A DNA stretch of 64,000 bases from the human T2T-CHM13v2.0 reference genome, Homo sapiens. Location of the stretch: NCBI RefSeq assembly GCF_009914755.1, contig NC_060930.1, one strand, 5' to 3'. The translations under genes were made by a program, and so were the position numbers. This document shows, one piece after another, positions 1 to 13,097 of the stretch (the stretch's first letter is position 1; each line of letters opens with the position of its first letter). The notes beneath the pieces are model-generated. The model was not told the origin of the DNA, searched no databases, and saw only the letters and a list, made by a program, of their open reading frames with translations.

Positions 1-2340
1 AGTAAATTTTTAAGCCATGTAGTATAAATACTCTGACTTTGTTCTCCTCCTTCAATATTAAGTTGTCTGTTCTGTGTCTTTTTGCCTCTCCATATAGATT
101 TTAGAATTAGCTTGTTAATATCCACAAATACTTGCTGTTTTTTTTTAATTGGAGTCTAAAGACAAAATTGAAAACAACTGAAATCTTGACAATATTGTTT
201 CTTCCTATCTATGAATAAGGAATATCTTGCCATTTGTGCAGTTCTTTGATTTCTTGTATCAGAGATTTATAGTTTTCCTTGTATAGATTTTTTACACATT
301 TTATTAAATTTATTCCCAAACATTTTGTTTTTGGGAGTGTTAATGTAAATGATATGTTCTTTGTAATTTCAAACTCTACTTCTTTATTACTAGTATATAG
401 GAAAATGCTGGATTTTCTATATTAATAATATCCTATAACTTGGCTATAGTTGTTTATTTGTTACAGGAGTTCTTTTTTTCAGTTATTCCAGATATTTTAC
501 ATATATGGTCATGTCATCTGTAAACAAAGACATTTTTATTTCTTCCTTTCAATCTGTATACTTCTCATTTATTTTTCTTCTTTCATTGAATTAACTAGGA
601 ATTCTTAAGGGATATTGAACAGAAATGGTGAGACACACCATCCTTGCCTTGTCCCCACCCTTACTGAGAATACTTCTGATCTCTCACCATTTAATGTAAT
701 GTTAGCTGTTAGATCCTCTTTATCAGTTGAGGAAGTTTCCTTCTATTCCTTGTTTGCTGAGAATTGTTGTCATGAATGGATGTTGGATTTAGTGAAATAA
801 TTTTTCTGAATCTTTCATATCTATTTATATGACCATGTGATTTTTCTTCTTGAGCCTGTTGATGCAATGGATTGTATTAAATGATTTTAAAATTTGAACA
901 AGTCTTGCATACTTGGGAAAAATATCACTTTGTCATGGCGTATAATTCTTTTCATACATTTTTGGATTAAATTTGCTAATATTTTGTTGAGGATTTTTGC
1001 TTCTATATTCATGAGAGATATTGGTGTATATATTCTCATAATGTCTTTGCCTATTTTTCTATTTAGATAATGCTCTCCTCATCAAATGTGTTAGGAAGTA
1101 TTCCCTCTGCTTTTATCTTCTAAATGTAATTCTAGAGAAATGACATAATTTTTTTCCTTAAACGTTTACAGATGTCACAGGTGAATTCATAGGGCCTGAT
1201 GCTTTTTATTTTGGAAGTTTCTTAATTTTTGATCCAATATCTTAAATAAATATAGATCTATTCAGGCTTTCTATTTCTTGTGTAAGTTTTGGAGGATTGT
1301 GTCTTTATAGGCATCAGTCCATTTCATCTAGTTTAGCAAATCTGTGGTCATATATGTTCATAGTTGTTTTTTTTTTTAATGCCCATAGACTCTGTAATAA
1401 TAGGCCCTCTTTTGTTTCTAATATTAGTAATTTGTGTCCTTTCTCTTTTTTCTTAATTAGTCTGGCTACAGACTTATCAATTATAATAATATTTTCAAAG
1501 AAACCTATTTTGGTTTAGTTGATTTTCCCTATTGCTTTTCTGTTTACAATTGTTTTATTCAATGTCTGCTCAAATTTTTGTTCTTTTTTTCTTCTTTTAC
1601 TTTGAATTTAATTTGTTCTTTATTTCTAGTTTCCAAAGGTGGTAATTAGATTGTTAATTTTAGATCCTTATTTTGTAATATATGCATTCAATGTTATAAG
1701 TTTCTCTCTAAATACTTCTTTTGCTTCAACCCACAAAATTTGATGTTGTTTTTAAGTTATTATTTGATTTAAACTATTACTGAATTTTTTTCAATTTCTA
1801 CTTAGACCCATGTGTTATTTAGAAGTATGTTGTTTAATTATGTATTTTAGGAATTTACAGTTATTTTGCTGTTACTGATTTCTAGTTTAATTTCACTGTG
1901 ATTTGAGAGCAGACAATGTGTGATTTAGGTGGAGTCTATGTTTATGAATGTTTTATGAACTTGAAAGAACATGTAATTTTTCATTGCTGAATGAAGTAGT
2001 CTATATGTATTAATGATATCAAATCAGTTTATAATGTTGTTAAGTTCAACTATGTCCTTAGTGATTTTCTGCCTACTAGCTGTGTCCATTTCTGTTAGAA
2101 GAATATTGATGTCTCCAACTATAAGGGTGGATTCATCTATTTCTCCTTGAAAGTTCTATCAATTTTTGCATCATATTGTTTGATGCTCTGTTATTACATG
2201 CATACATATTAAGCCTTATTATGTATTTTGGGGGAATTGACCACTTTATCATTATGTAATGCCCTTCTTTATCCCTGATAGCTTTCCTTGCTCTGAAGTG
2301 TGCTCTGTCTCAAAATAATATAGTCACTTCAGCTTTATTA
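1..2340 (-). mobile_element. Old LINE-1 (L1MC/MD-like) ORF2 remnant
   Basis: T-rich antisense ORF2 with recognisable blocks (e.g. gagacaccatccttgccttgtccc-like RT-region sequence; EN motif KAGVAILISD-like near 2290-2335 on the minus strand); heavily decayed. Confidence 0.8.
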
Positions 2341-2970
2341 GTTGGGGGAGATATGACATTTTGATGTAAGCATACAATATGTAATGATCAAACAGTTAAT
2401 TGAGATATTCATCACCTCAAACATTTATAATTTCTTTGTCTTGAAAACATTCCATATCTAATCTTCCAATTATTTTGAAACATACAATAAATTAATATTG
2501 ACCATAGTCATTCAATTGTGCTACCAAACACTAGATCCATTCCTTCTAACTGTATTTTTGCAGCCATTAACAAACCCCTTTATATCCTGTCCTTCCCATT
2601 ATTATTTCCATCTTCTGGTAATCATGGTTCTATTAATTACTTCCATGGAATCAATTGTTTTAGCTCCCACATGTGAATGAGAACATGCAACATCTGTCTT
2701 GTGTGTTTGTCTTATTTCACTTAACATAATGACCTTCATTTCCATGTATATTGTTGCAAATGACAGGATTTGACTCTTTTTTGTAACAGAATAATTTTCC
2801 ATTGGGTATATACAACGCATTTTGTTTATTCATTCTTCTATTGATGGATACTTAGGTTGATTCCATATCTTCACTATTGGGAATTTTGCTGCAATAAACA
2901 TGAGAAGGCAAATATCTCTGTTTGATACACTGATTTCCTTTCTTTTGAATATATACCCAGCAGTGGGATT
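2341..2970 (-). mobile_element. L1MA-type 3' end fragment
   Basis: Antisense L1MA 3'UTR/ORF2 end (catcacctcaaacatttat, ttagctcccacatgtgaatgagaacatgc, atatacccagcagtgggatt). Confidence 0.8.
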
Positions 2971-2974
2971 TTCT

Positions 2975-3170
2975 CACTTCAGGATTTGTCAAGTTGTGAT
3001 CTTTTGTATCCACTTGTTCAATTTTGGTGACTGTGATTTGCCCTGTGACCTCCCTTATTATATGGATCTAAGAAGAATTACTGTTTTTTGTTTGTTTGTT
3101 TGTTTATTCAGCTTTTTGTTTGTTGTTAGGACAAATTCCTTACATGCTACCCTGGAAACCAGAAACCTTC
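2975..3170 (-). mobile_element. 5' terminus of an old L1M (probably the host at 1-2340)
   Basis: ttgccctgtgacctc...ggatctaagaagaatt...ttcagctttt...ggaaaccagaa resembles the antisense L1MC/MD 5' end. Confidence 0.55.
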
Positions 3171-3581
3171 ATAGCCAAAAATTTTACCTTTTCCACATTT
3201 AATTGTCTTAGCACCTTTGTGAAAAACTAATTAACAACGTGTGTGATCAAATGCGGCCATGTATGGATTATCTCTTCTATTCCACTGATACATGTTTTTT
3301 CTTAGGCCAACCTTATGCTATCTTGATCAATGCAGCTCTATAAAAAGGCTAGAAATCAGGAAGTTCAAGTCCATCAACTTTTTGTCTCCTCATTTGAATT
3401 TTTATGTAAATTTTAAAATAAGTTTATCACTTTCTACTAGGGTGGGAGACGTTTTAGTAATTTAATCTATTTTAAGTGAAATAGGGCATTTCTTTTTTCT
3501 ACTTTATCTAAATGGGTTTGGGAAATTTACACCTTACAAGGGATCTCTCCATTTTATTAATACTTCAAATACATACATTAG

Positions 3582-3995
<414 letters not shown>

Positions 3996-4297
3996 TGTTT
4001 TTGTTAACCTAACTAGGGATTTATCATTTTTATTGATAGTTTCTAAGAAACTGCTTTTGGTTATTTTATCTTTTTCATTTTATATTTATCTCTGTTTCTG
4101 CAATTGTTATTCCCTGCCTCCTTTTATTTTGTACTTGATTTGCTTTTCTATTTCTACCTTCTAAAATTTGAAGGTTTGATTAGTAAATTGAAATTTTTAT
4201 TTTCCTAATATAAGCATTTAAATGTACAAATTTTCCTCTATAGACTGCTTTAGTTGCAGCCCAGAAATTTTGATATATGTTTTTTTGTTTATTTTCC

Positions 4298-4590
4298 TTT
4301 TTTTTTTTTTTTTTTTTTTTTTTTTGAGACATAGTCTCACTCTGTCACCCAGGCTGGAGTGCAGTCGCTCTGCAGTCTCAGCCTCCCAGGCTCAGGTGAT
4401 CCTCCCTCAGCCTTCTGAGTAGCTACTGACTCATGTGACCATGCCCAGCTTTTTTTGTGTGTATTTTTTTGTAGAGACGGGTTTTCACAATGTTACCCAT
4501 GCTGGCCTCAAATTCCTGGGCTAAAGCAATCTGCCCACCTCGGCCTCCCAGAGTAGTGGGATTACAGGCATGAGCCATGGTACCATGGCT
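4298..4590 (-). mobile_element. AluJ-like, with internal deletions
   Basis: Poly-T tail; J diagnostics (ctcccaggctcaggtgatcctcc, cctgggctaaagcaatc). Confidence 0.88.
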
Positions 4591-7500
4591 CATTTTCAAT
4601 TATTTTGAGTATTTCTAATGTATTTTGTAATTTCTTTTGTTTGACTGTCGTCTGGCTTATGTTATTGAATTTCCAGTATTGAATTTTAAATACCCAATTT
4701 TTGGGTTATTCAAATGTTTTCTTACAGATTTTTATTTGATTTTATTGTGGTGATGTGACATATTTGATAAGGCACTTAAAAATTTATAAAGAAAGGTGCA
4801 TTATGCAGCATCATATGGTCAATCTTGATGAATGTGTCTATAGAAAGAATGTGTCTTTTGTGGGTTTTTTTGGAGTATTCTATAAATCTTAATTAGGTAA
4901 ATTTAATTGATAATGTTATATTTCCTATAGCTTTACTTATTTTTGCTAACTTGCCCTACCACTTACAGAGAAAGTAGTGTTGAAATGTCTAACTATAAAT
5001 GTGAACACCTCAGTCATTTTTACTTCTTGTACTTTCAAGCTCTGCTACTGGATGGATACTCATTACATATTTGCCTTATTATTAATCATGATTTGGTCCC
5101 TTTATCATGAATAAATTTTCTTTATTTATCCCTGATCTTATATTTCCACCTAAAATCCAATCGGTCTAATATCAAAACAGCCACTTCAGCTTTTTTATGA
5201 TTTATCTTTGTATGCCATACATTTTCATCCATTTCATTTTTTATTTGTGTATTTATATTTAAATTCAGTATGTGTAGACAGAGCATATTTGGCTCCTGCT
5301 TTTGTATTCAATTTTGAAATCTCTATCTATATTTAGAACTTTAGATTATGTATATTTATTTCTTTAGCAATGTAATAATGTTCAAATGCAATAATTTGCT
5401 ATATGAATTTTTGTTCTCCTTTCTCATTTGTGTTGATTTTTGTCCTCGTTTATTATCTTCTTTTGAACTAGAATATTTAACATTTTATTTTATCTTCAAC
5501 ATTAACTCATTAACTCTTCTGTTTTAAAATTTTTCTAATAATACTTCTGTGTTGTTGATTATACACTTTTAATGTATCACACCCTACCATCAAATTATAT
5601 TATATTCTTTCACAATATATGTAAAATTTTACAGCAGTATACTTCCATTTTCTTCCCATTCTTCTCATCACCAAAGGATTATATAAGTTATTTCTACATA
5701 TGTTGTAAAAGCTATAATAGTTAAATAGTTTTAAAATAAATTTAGAAATTATATGAATACACTTTATACTCACATATTTAACATTTCTGGTGCTCTTTGT
5801 TATACAGATAAAAGTCGCAACGTAACATCCCTTTTTTGGCTTAAAAATTTCCTTTGATATGTAATATAGTTCAAGACTGCTGGTGGCCTATAAACTTTGT
5901 TTTTTCCCTGCACAAGTGTTTATTTTGCATAATTTATGAAGGATACTTCTTTTAAATATAGATATTTATGTTGAATTTTTTTTTCTTTTGTCTTACGTCA
6001 TATTTGATGAGATGTCTGTGATTTTCTAATATATGTCTTTGGGTAGGCAATGTGCTTTTGGGCTGATTTTCTTTTTTGTCATTGTCTTTCAGTAACTGAT
6101 TGTGATGTGTATTAGCATGATTGGCTTTGTGTTTATCAGGTTGTGTTTCTTAGGCATGTGGGTTTATAGTTTATTTGGAAAGTTTTAAGTCATTATATTT
6201 GTAAATATTGTTTCTGACATTGCCTGCAGAGCATCCCAATTACATGTACACTAGAATGCTTGATATATTAACTTATGAAACAGAATTTTTCTTTTCATTT
6301 TTTTCTGTTTCGTTTTTGAATAGTTTGTATTGCTGTTTTCGAGTTCACTGTATTTTCTTCTGCAGTATCTAAGCTACAATTAATCCTGTCTACTATATTT
6401 TTCATTTTAAATATTGTATTTTTATTTTTTGATGTTTCTTTGTTTATATATGTTTTATTTCACTTATTATGTTTACATTTTCTATGAGATAATTGAGCAT
6501 ATAAAGTTTATGCCTGAGAACTGCTTTAACATATCTTTATATTTTACATGTACCTAATTGAATATTTTATCTTTTTTATTTTTTTAATTTTCATAGCTAA
6601 TAATAATTTTTTTGGCTGAAGGACATAGTGATACTACATTTCTGAGTGCTGAATGTTTGTGTTATTATAAAGAGTGTTGGAATGTCTAACTATAAATGTG
6701 AACACCTCCAATCTCCCAAGTAGTTACAAAATTACTTACAGATTGTTTTAATAATTATAAGATTTTATGATGTTTGATTTTAGATTTTATTAAATTGGTG
6801 TATATTTCCTATACTACTAAGCAAGTTTAGCCTCACTACTGAGGTATAATCCTTCAACATTTTTCACATTGTGTGGAAAAAATTTAAATAATCACCTGAT
6901 CTGTGTGAATTCAGGGAGCAGTTATATTTCCAACTTTGACCAGTCTTATCAGTTTTCACCCTATGTATGCACAGATTGTTATTAATTGTATTGTCAAAGA
7001 CTAAAGGGATATCTGTACAAATTTATGGGGCTTTTTCATTGCTCTGGAAGCTTCCCCTTCCTATTCCTTAATCTGGAAATTTCCTCAGGATAAAAATTGG
7101 AGCAAATATATGACACACTTTGTTTCCCTTTTTGCTAGGATTGCAGTCTTGGGCTGATGCTTTTTCAATGTCTGAAAACAGTCATTTTCTATTGTTTCTA
7201 GGTTTTCAGAAGTTTGTAGTAGAAGGGTAAATCTTAAAACTGTTCTTTTTTAATGGCTAAAATTGGAAGTTCTTTGTGTCTGCATATTTTGATAGTGATG
7301 ATGATGACATAAATGATGATGGTGGTTATTATGACAATAATAAGAACTACTTTATGACTCTAGTTTTTTAATTTGCAATGTGCAAAGATGGGGCCTATGG
7401 GTGTCCTGAACTGGACAAAAAATTATAGTAATTGTTTAACATAAAATAGATGATTCTATTGACAGTATATAGAAGATTTGGCTATACACACACACTGTAC

Positions 7501-9139
7501 TTTCTTCAAAGGTATTCTGGCTAAAGTAGAGCTTCAGAGCTCTCACCAACAAGCATGAAAATATTTCCAATGTTTCTTTGGAGTCAGAATGTGATTATTT
7601 GCAAACAATCTGCAATGACCCATAAGAGGGTTTGGAACTTATCTGTGTTATTGCAAATCCACAGCTTTGCTGTACTGTGTAGAAAGAGCTTTCATCTGTT
7701 CACTGCTAATTTAATATAATGTACTTCTCTACCCTGGAAAGCACTAGAGGTAATGACCTGAATTATACTTCTTCAGCACTATATCACAAAGAATAAGAAA
7801 ATGCTCTGAGGGCTGTACATATAGGACAGACTTCACCCATTGCTAAAATAATACTTTCTTTGAACTGATGTATTGCAACTGTTTTAAAGCATCTAGTCAT
7901 CATGGGACTTAATGCCTAAAAAGCTGTTTTGAAAAGTAAATATAGCACTGCATTTTGATCAAGTTCACTAAATAACAATTCAACTGTAAAAAACTGCTTG
8001 TTCATGGCAGCAACATAATAAACTATATATCCCTAATATATAAACTATATTCTGTTTGCTGTAGAGGTTCATAGAGAATTAGTATCAACCTTAGAGACTC
8101 CAGACAATTTGAGTGCACTGGACTTTAAGTTTTATGTTATGTAAGTATACAATGACCAAAGAACCTAATGTGATGCTTGATTGGGCTATTATTAACTGAT
8201 GGTGGGAATTTTCTCCTGAGAATGCTTTGAATCTGTAGAGTAACATCTCTACTTAGTTTAAGGGAAGATTGAAGATGAACTATGGCTTCTAAGTAGCAAC
8301 AGGGCAACTTTAAGATTTTCAAGTTAAATATGCCTGTGTCATTTTCTACCATTAGTCATTCTTGAACTATTAATTTAAATAATACTTGACATGCCTTATC
8401 TTAGAAATCTTATACTTTATTTTATTTTATTAACTTACACAATTTTTTTGGCCTAACTGACTAACAAATATTATGGAATGTCCATATCTTGTTTGCTTTG
8501 GCCATATTTTGTTTGCTTTGAGATTCCACGGTTCAATAACTTTCAGATTAAATTAGGAGAAAAGTCACTAGATGCACTCCTAGAATGTGAAGTGTTTCCC
8601 TTACTTGCCAAACAGCTAACTGTAAAATTCACCATTCGTTAATTTTTAAGACTTGTCATTTTATTTGCATGTAGGTTTTAGCATACTGTAGATTTTCATC
8701 AATCTGAAATATGAAGAAGAAACTTTCATTTCCACAGGCGATATGAACAAGGCAACAAAATACTATGTCATACAGAAAATATAAGGAAAAGGGCCTGTAC
8801 TCCTGTTGAAAGTGATTTTCATAAGAACCTCATTAAGTTTTTTTTTTTTTAATTTCTTAAATTGGTTTAAACTTACTCACTAGGCAGTCTTCGCTTTTAA
8901 TAATAACAGGTATTCAAACATTTTATTTGATTTGACAGCATGCATATAAAAAAGAACCAAAAGAGTGTTGTTTTTCACTTTCTTTGACTTTTCACATTAC
9001 AAAGAACTGCATTAATGCTGCATTTCATAAATTAAAGTAGACCCTATTGCTTCTCACAATGGATCTTGCTGAAATAGTACTGCAAGCATTTGGTAGATCA
9101 ACTGATTTTAACATTATGGAAAAGGCAATTTAGACTTAC

Positions 9140-9309
9140 CTGAATGTAAGCAAAAATGTAGAGAAAAACTAGACAAAAGAGCCATTTATAGCATGACTAT
9201 GTGCCTTGATAACACTCAGATGTCTGCATCCATTTGCAGTTCTATTGCTAGAAATGCGAACTTGAGTGGTCTGCAACATTGAAAATTTAGCTCAGCAATA
9301 AGCCATTTC
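9140..9309 (-). other. Candidate 170-nt non-coding exon
   Basis: Minus-strand acceptor cattgttttgcAG|G at 9310-9311 and consensus donor CAG|GTAAGT at 9139-9134; stops in all three frames. Confidence 0.3.
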
Positions 9310-11436
9310 CTGCAAAACAATGTATTGAAGCAAATCACCTTCCTATTCTAAGTCTCTGTATTTCATTGATACCTAACAAATAATGGCACAAGAGTCCTGG
9401 AAAGAGCACAATGTTCACAGAAACTAAGTACACCACAGAGGACAGGAATGGTGAGTTAAAGACAAGTCCTCACTTGTACGTACTTTCTTTTATACTCACT
9501 GGCACGCCCTCAGACTTTTCCCTTACTCCCTAGGCCCAGGCACCATATGTTGTATAACGTTTGAAAGTTACAATTGAGATTACCATGGAAAAAGGCACAA
9601 ATCAATGAGAAAATGAATTCTCTGGGACAAACTCACAGTTTTCCTGAGCTCCTATGTTGTAAGACATATGCTTCCCTTTGCCTTTTATTTTAATAAAAAT
9701 GAAAACCAATTTTTTTTTACCATTTATATAATATTATATGATAGTATGCCTCAGTAGGACAGGTAGGGAGTAGACAGAGGTGACCTGATGCATTATAATA
9801 AAGTAAAAATTAGACAGGGAATAAGCTTGTCTCTTTCCTTCACTTTGGCAAAAGTAGAGTCATGTTTGAAACAGAGAACTAAACAATTTAACAGTCTAAA
9901 CAACCTGTAATTTTCTTACTATGTAAAAATACCCAAAGACTCAAGAGAACAGCATTTATCTTTTTATTAAGTTAGTATCTAACTATCATAATTATTCTAT
10001 CAGCTACTTCTTTAAGTATCATCTGTTTGGTCAGTATATATTTAATACATGTATATTTAAGAGATATATTTTAAAATAGTGCTCCCCAGAACATACTTTT
10101 TATATTTGTATTTGGGTGTGGGAGGTAGCAACTGAGTGGTGGACGCTGATTCCAAGTTTGGTATATATGTCTACAAATCTACTTTATTGCTGTAGAACTG
10201 GGGAAGTTTTGCTATAACTTGTCTTTTCTACCCTTCTATAGTTACTCATGGGAAGAACCCTAAGTAGTTTGAAAGAAATAGGATTTGTAAACGTATATTA
10301 GAGAGAGTGAATCCAGGCCTAGAAGAGTCTTAAAGCATTATCCCAAACACCAAATACAATTCCATGCTTAGATTTGGATTGAGATTATACAAGACCATGT
10401 TCCCACACAAAGAGTTATATTGGTCTGATTGACTTCTCTGGTTTCCATCCTTACTTCTTCTTTCAAAGCAAGTTAATTGAAATCAAAGTCCATTTTTATT
10501 TTACCAGTTATCTCATCTACTAGCACCTAGGAGTAAATCAATATATGCTTCAATTAAATTATAAAGAAATAAACAAATCAGTTGCCTGTTTTGCCTTCCA
10601 AGGTTATAGGTAGATTCTTTGTTGTTCTGGGATAAGTAGGTTCTGTTGTTTATATAACAGTTCTATGTGGAGATGAGCAGTCTGTATTCCTATTATATCT
10701 CATGTCAAAGCTGCTCTCGCTTTGGAAGATATATAGGGGATCTAGAATTCTCCAGATCATACAGGAAAAAAAATTATTATCAAAAGCACCTAATTTGCTT
10801 GCAATATAACAATTTTCTGTATAAAAATCAATATGATTTGAAGCTGGGTCTTTTGTACACCTCAAACCAGGAAGGTACTATTCTACTATATGCTCATTGT
10901 AACCTTCATACAATATCACCTGCTATGTTGTAACTTAGCAGGAAACAAAACACCAAAGATACCTCTGTGGCACTATACTTTACTAGAAGCTAATGACAAT
11001 AGATTTCAGAAAGACAGATGAAATATTAAAATATAGCTGAAAATGTACCCCTCTTACACTGATTCTCTACTGCTAGTGATAGTTTTGGAAATCATAAAAG
11101 GCAGGAAGCATTTATTTCTGAATTATTATTTTATTTTTAAACACATTGTGAAACAATAAAAAAGTATTAGTAGGTGATAAACACAAATTGTCAGGGATGA
11201 TGTTTACAAATGGAATAATCATAAACAGAGATACATCAAAAAATGGAAGCATGACCGTCTTGGGGTAATATTGAAGAATGAACTAGATGAAATGTGTTAC
11301 TGGAAGAGTTTGAATGGCTGCCTCTTGGAAACCATAGGACCGAGGGGTCCATTTTTCAATCTAAGGTTCCATTCAGTCCCTCACCTGCTTCTTTCGTTGG
11401 TTAAATTCCAAATATCTATGCACATAACTACTCCTC

Positions 11437-11545
11437 TCATTATATTATAAATTTCTAGTGTACAATGAGCCTGTCTTACTCATCTTTGTATCTTCTAGTG
11501 TCCTCGAAGGATACAAATCACATAGCAGATGCTCTATACATGCTA
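11437..11545 (+). mobile_element. L2 3' end fragment
   Basis: gcctgtcttactcatctttgtatc...cacatagcagatgctc resembles the L2 3' terminus. Confidence 0.5.
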
Positions 11546-12686
11546 ATCGTACAATCCTAAAAGATGATACATAATACATACCTATCTTATTTAGATAAGT
11601 CATTCCCAGAAAAGGAAAATAAAAAATGAATGCCTTCTTAAGGCCTTTTTATCCTTAAAGAATTAGGGCTTTATATACTGTACTTCTGCTTCTCATGAGA
11701 ATATTGCCCAATTTCTTAACTAATAACCACACCAAGTTCATAGATTTCCTGGCCATATTTTTCACAAGATCAGTGATTCAATCTTGGGTGAAACTGCCAA
11801 AGCATCAATATAGCATAATATTGGATACTTCCCAAATTTAAATAATGTAGCAGATTAAAGGAGCTTGGTTACAGAAATGAAAATATCATGTCATTGGAAT
11901 TCAAAAGCAGATATAGCCTCACACCATTTGATTTGCACCAGCATAGTTACATTTAAATAATGTAAAAAAAAAAAAGTCTTCTTAATGGAAGATCTATTCC
12001 TACCCAGAAATAAGTTGTGTCCTCCTGTCTAAAGCATGCTAATATGGCATTACTCTAACAAGCTTGCATTGCCCGTAGATAGGTATATTTGTGCAAAATG
12101 TGAAGGGCTTTAAGTCCATTTTCTGCTTTATGATTAGGTCATATTAAGTATTCTGATTCACTGTTCTTTAGATCTACAATTAGTTTCAGTGAGGTTCACA
12201 AGGGATTGAGTTTCATTCTTTGGTCAAACACCAACATATTAGAAAAATGTAGTCATAAAGGTAATAGGGATAGAGTCACTTCTTTTAGTCGCTAATAAAC
12301 TGAACCAAATAAACTATTCACTAATAATTGATAATAAGATTTAGAAAAACAATTCTGCAATTTTAATGAGGAATCTATTTTATTTTAGAGAAAAAGCCTT
12401 TGATGAATCAACTACATTCCATCAAATTTCTTAGGTTGGAGCAATGAAAATACGCATTTGTACAATTACAAATGAAACTGAACCTGCCTGCAGAGCCAGC
12501 ATAGACTGTTCAGGAACATAAATCTGCTTCACAATAGAAAAACCCTTTGATGACTAATGCAGACATCTTGAATGAAGGAAAACATAATAGTAAGCTATTG
12601 CTAACATAAACATGCTATCAGACATATAAATATATTCATATATAACTTCATAAATACATATCTTCCACCTATCCAAATTGTGCCAG

Positions 12687-13097
12687 TGTATTAGTCTATT
12701 TTGTGTTGCTATAAAGGAATACCCAAGGCTAGGAAATTGATAAAGAAAACAGGTTTATTCTGTCTCATGGTTCTGTAGACTGTACAAGAAATATGGCATC
12801 AGATTGACTTCTGTTGAGGCCTCAGGAAGCTTTTAGTCATGGCAGAGGGGAAACAGGAGGAGGCATGTCACTTGGCAAGAGAGGGAACAAGAAAGAGAAG
12901 GAAGTGGCACAGTCTCTTAAATATCCATCTCACCTGTGAACTAATGGAGAGAGAACTCATAACTGTGAAGACAACACCAAGGCATTCATGAGGAATCCAC
13001 CCCCATCACCTAGACACCACCCACTAGGCCCACCTCCAATATTTGGGATGAAATTTCAACAGGATATTTGGAGGAGACACATATGCAAACCATATCA
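12687..13097 (-). mobile_element. MSTB-like MaLR solo LTR
   Basis: TG...CA termini (tgtattagtc...aaaccatatca); perfect 5-bp TSD GCCAG at 12682-12686 and 13098-13102. Confidence 0.92.
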
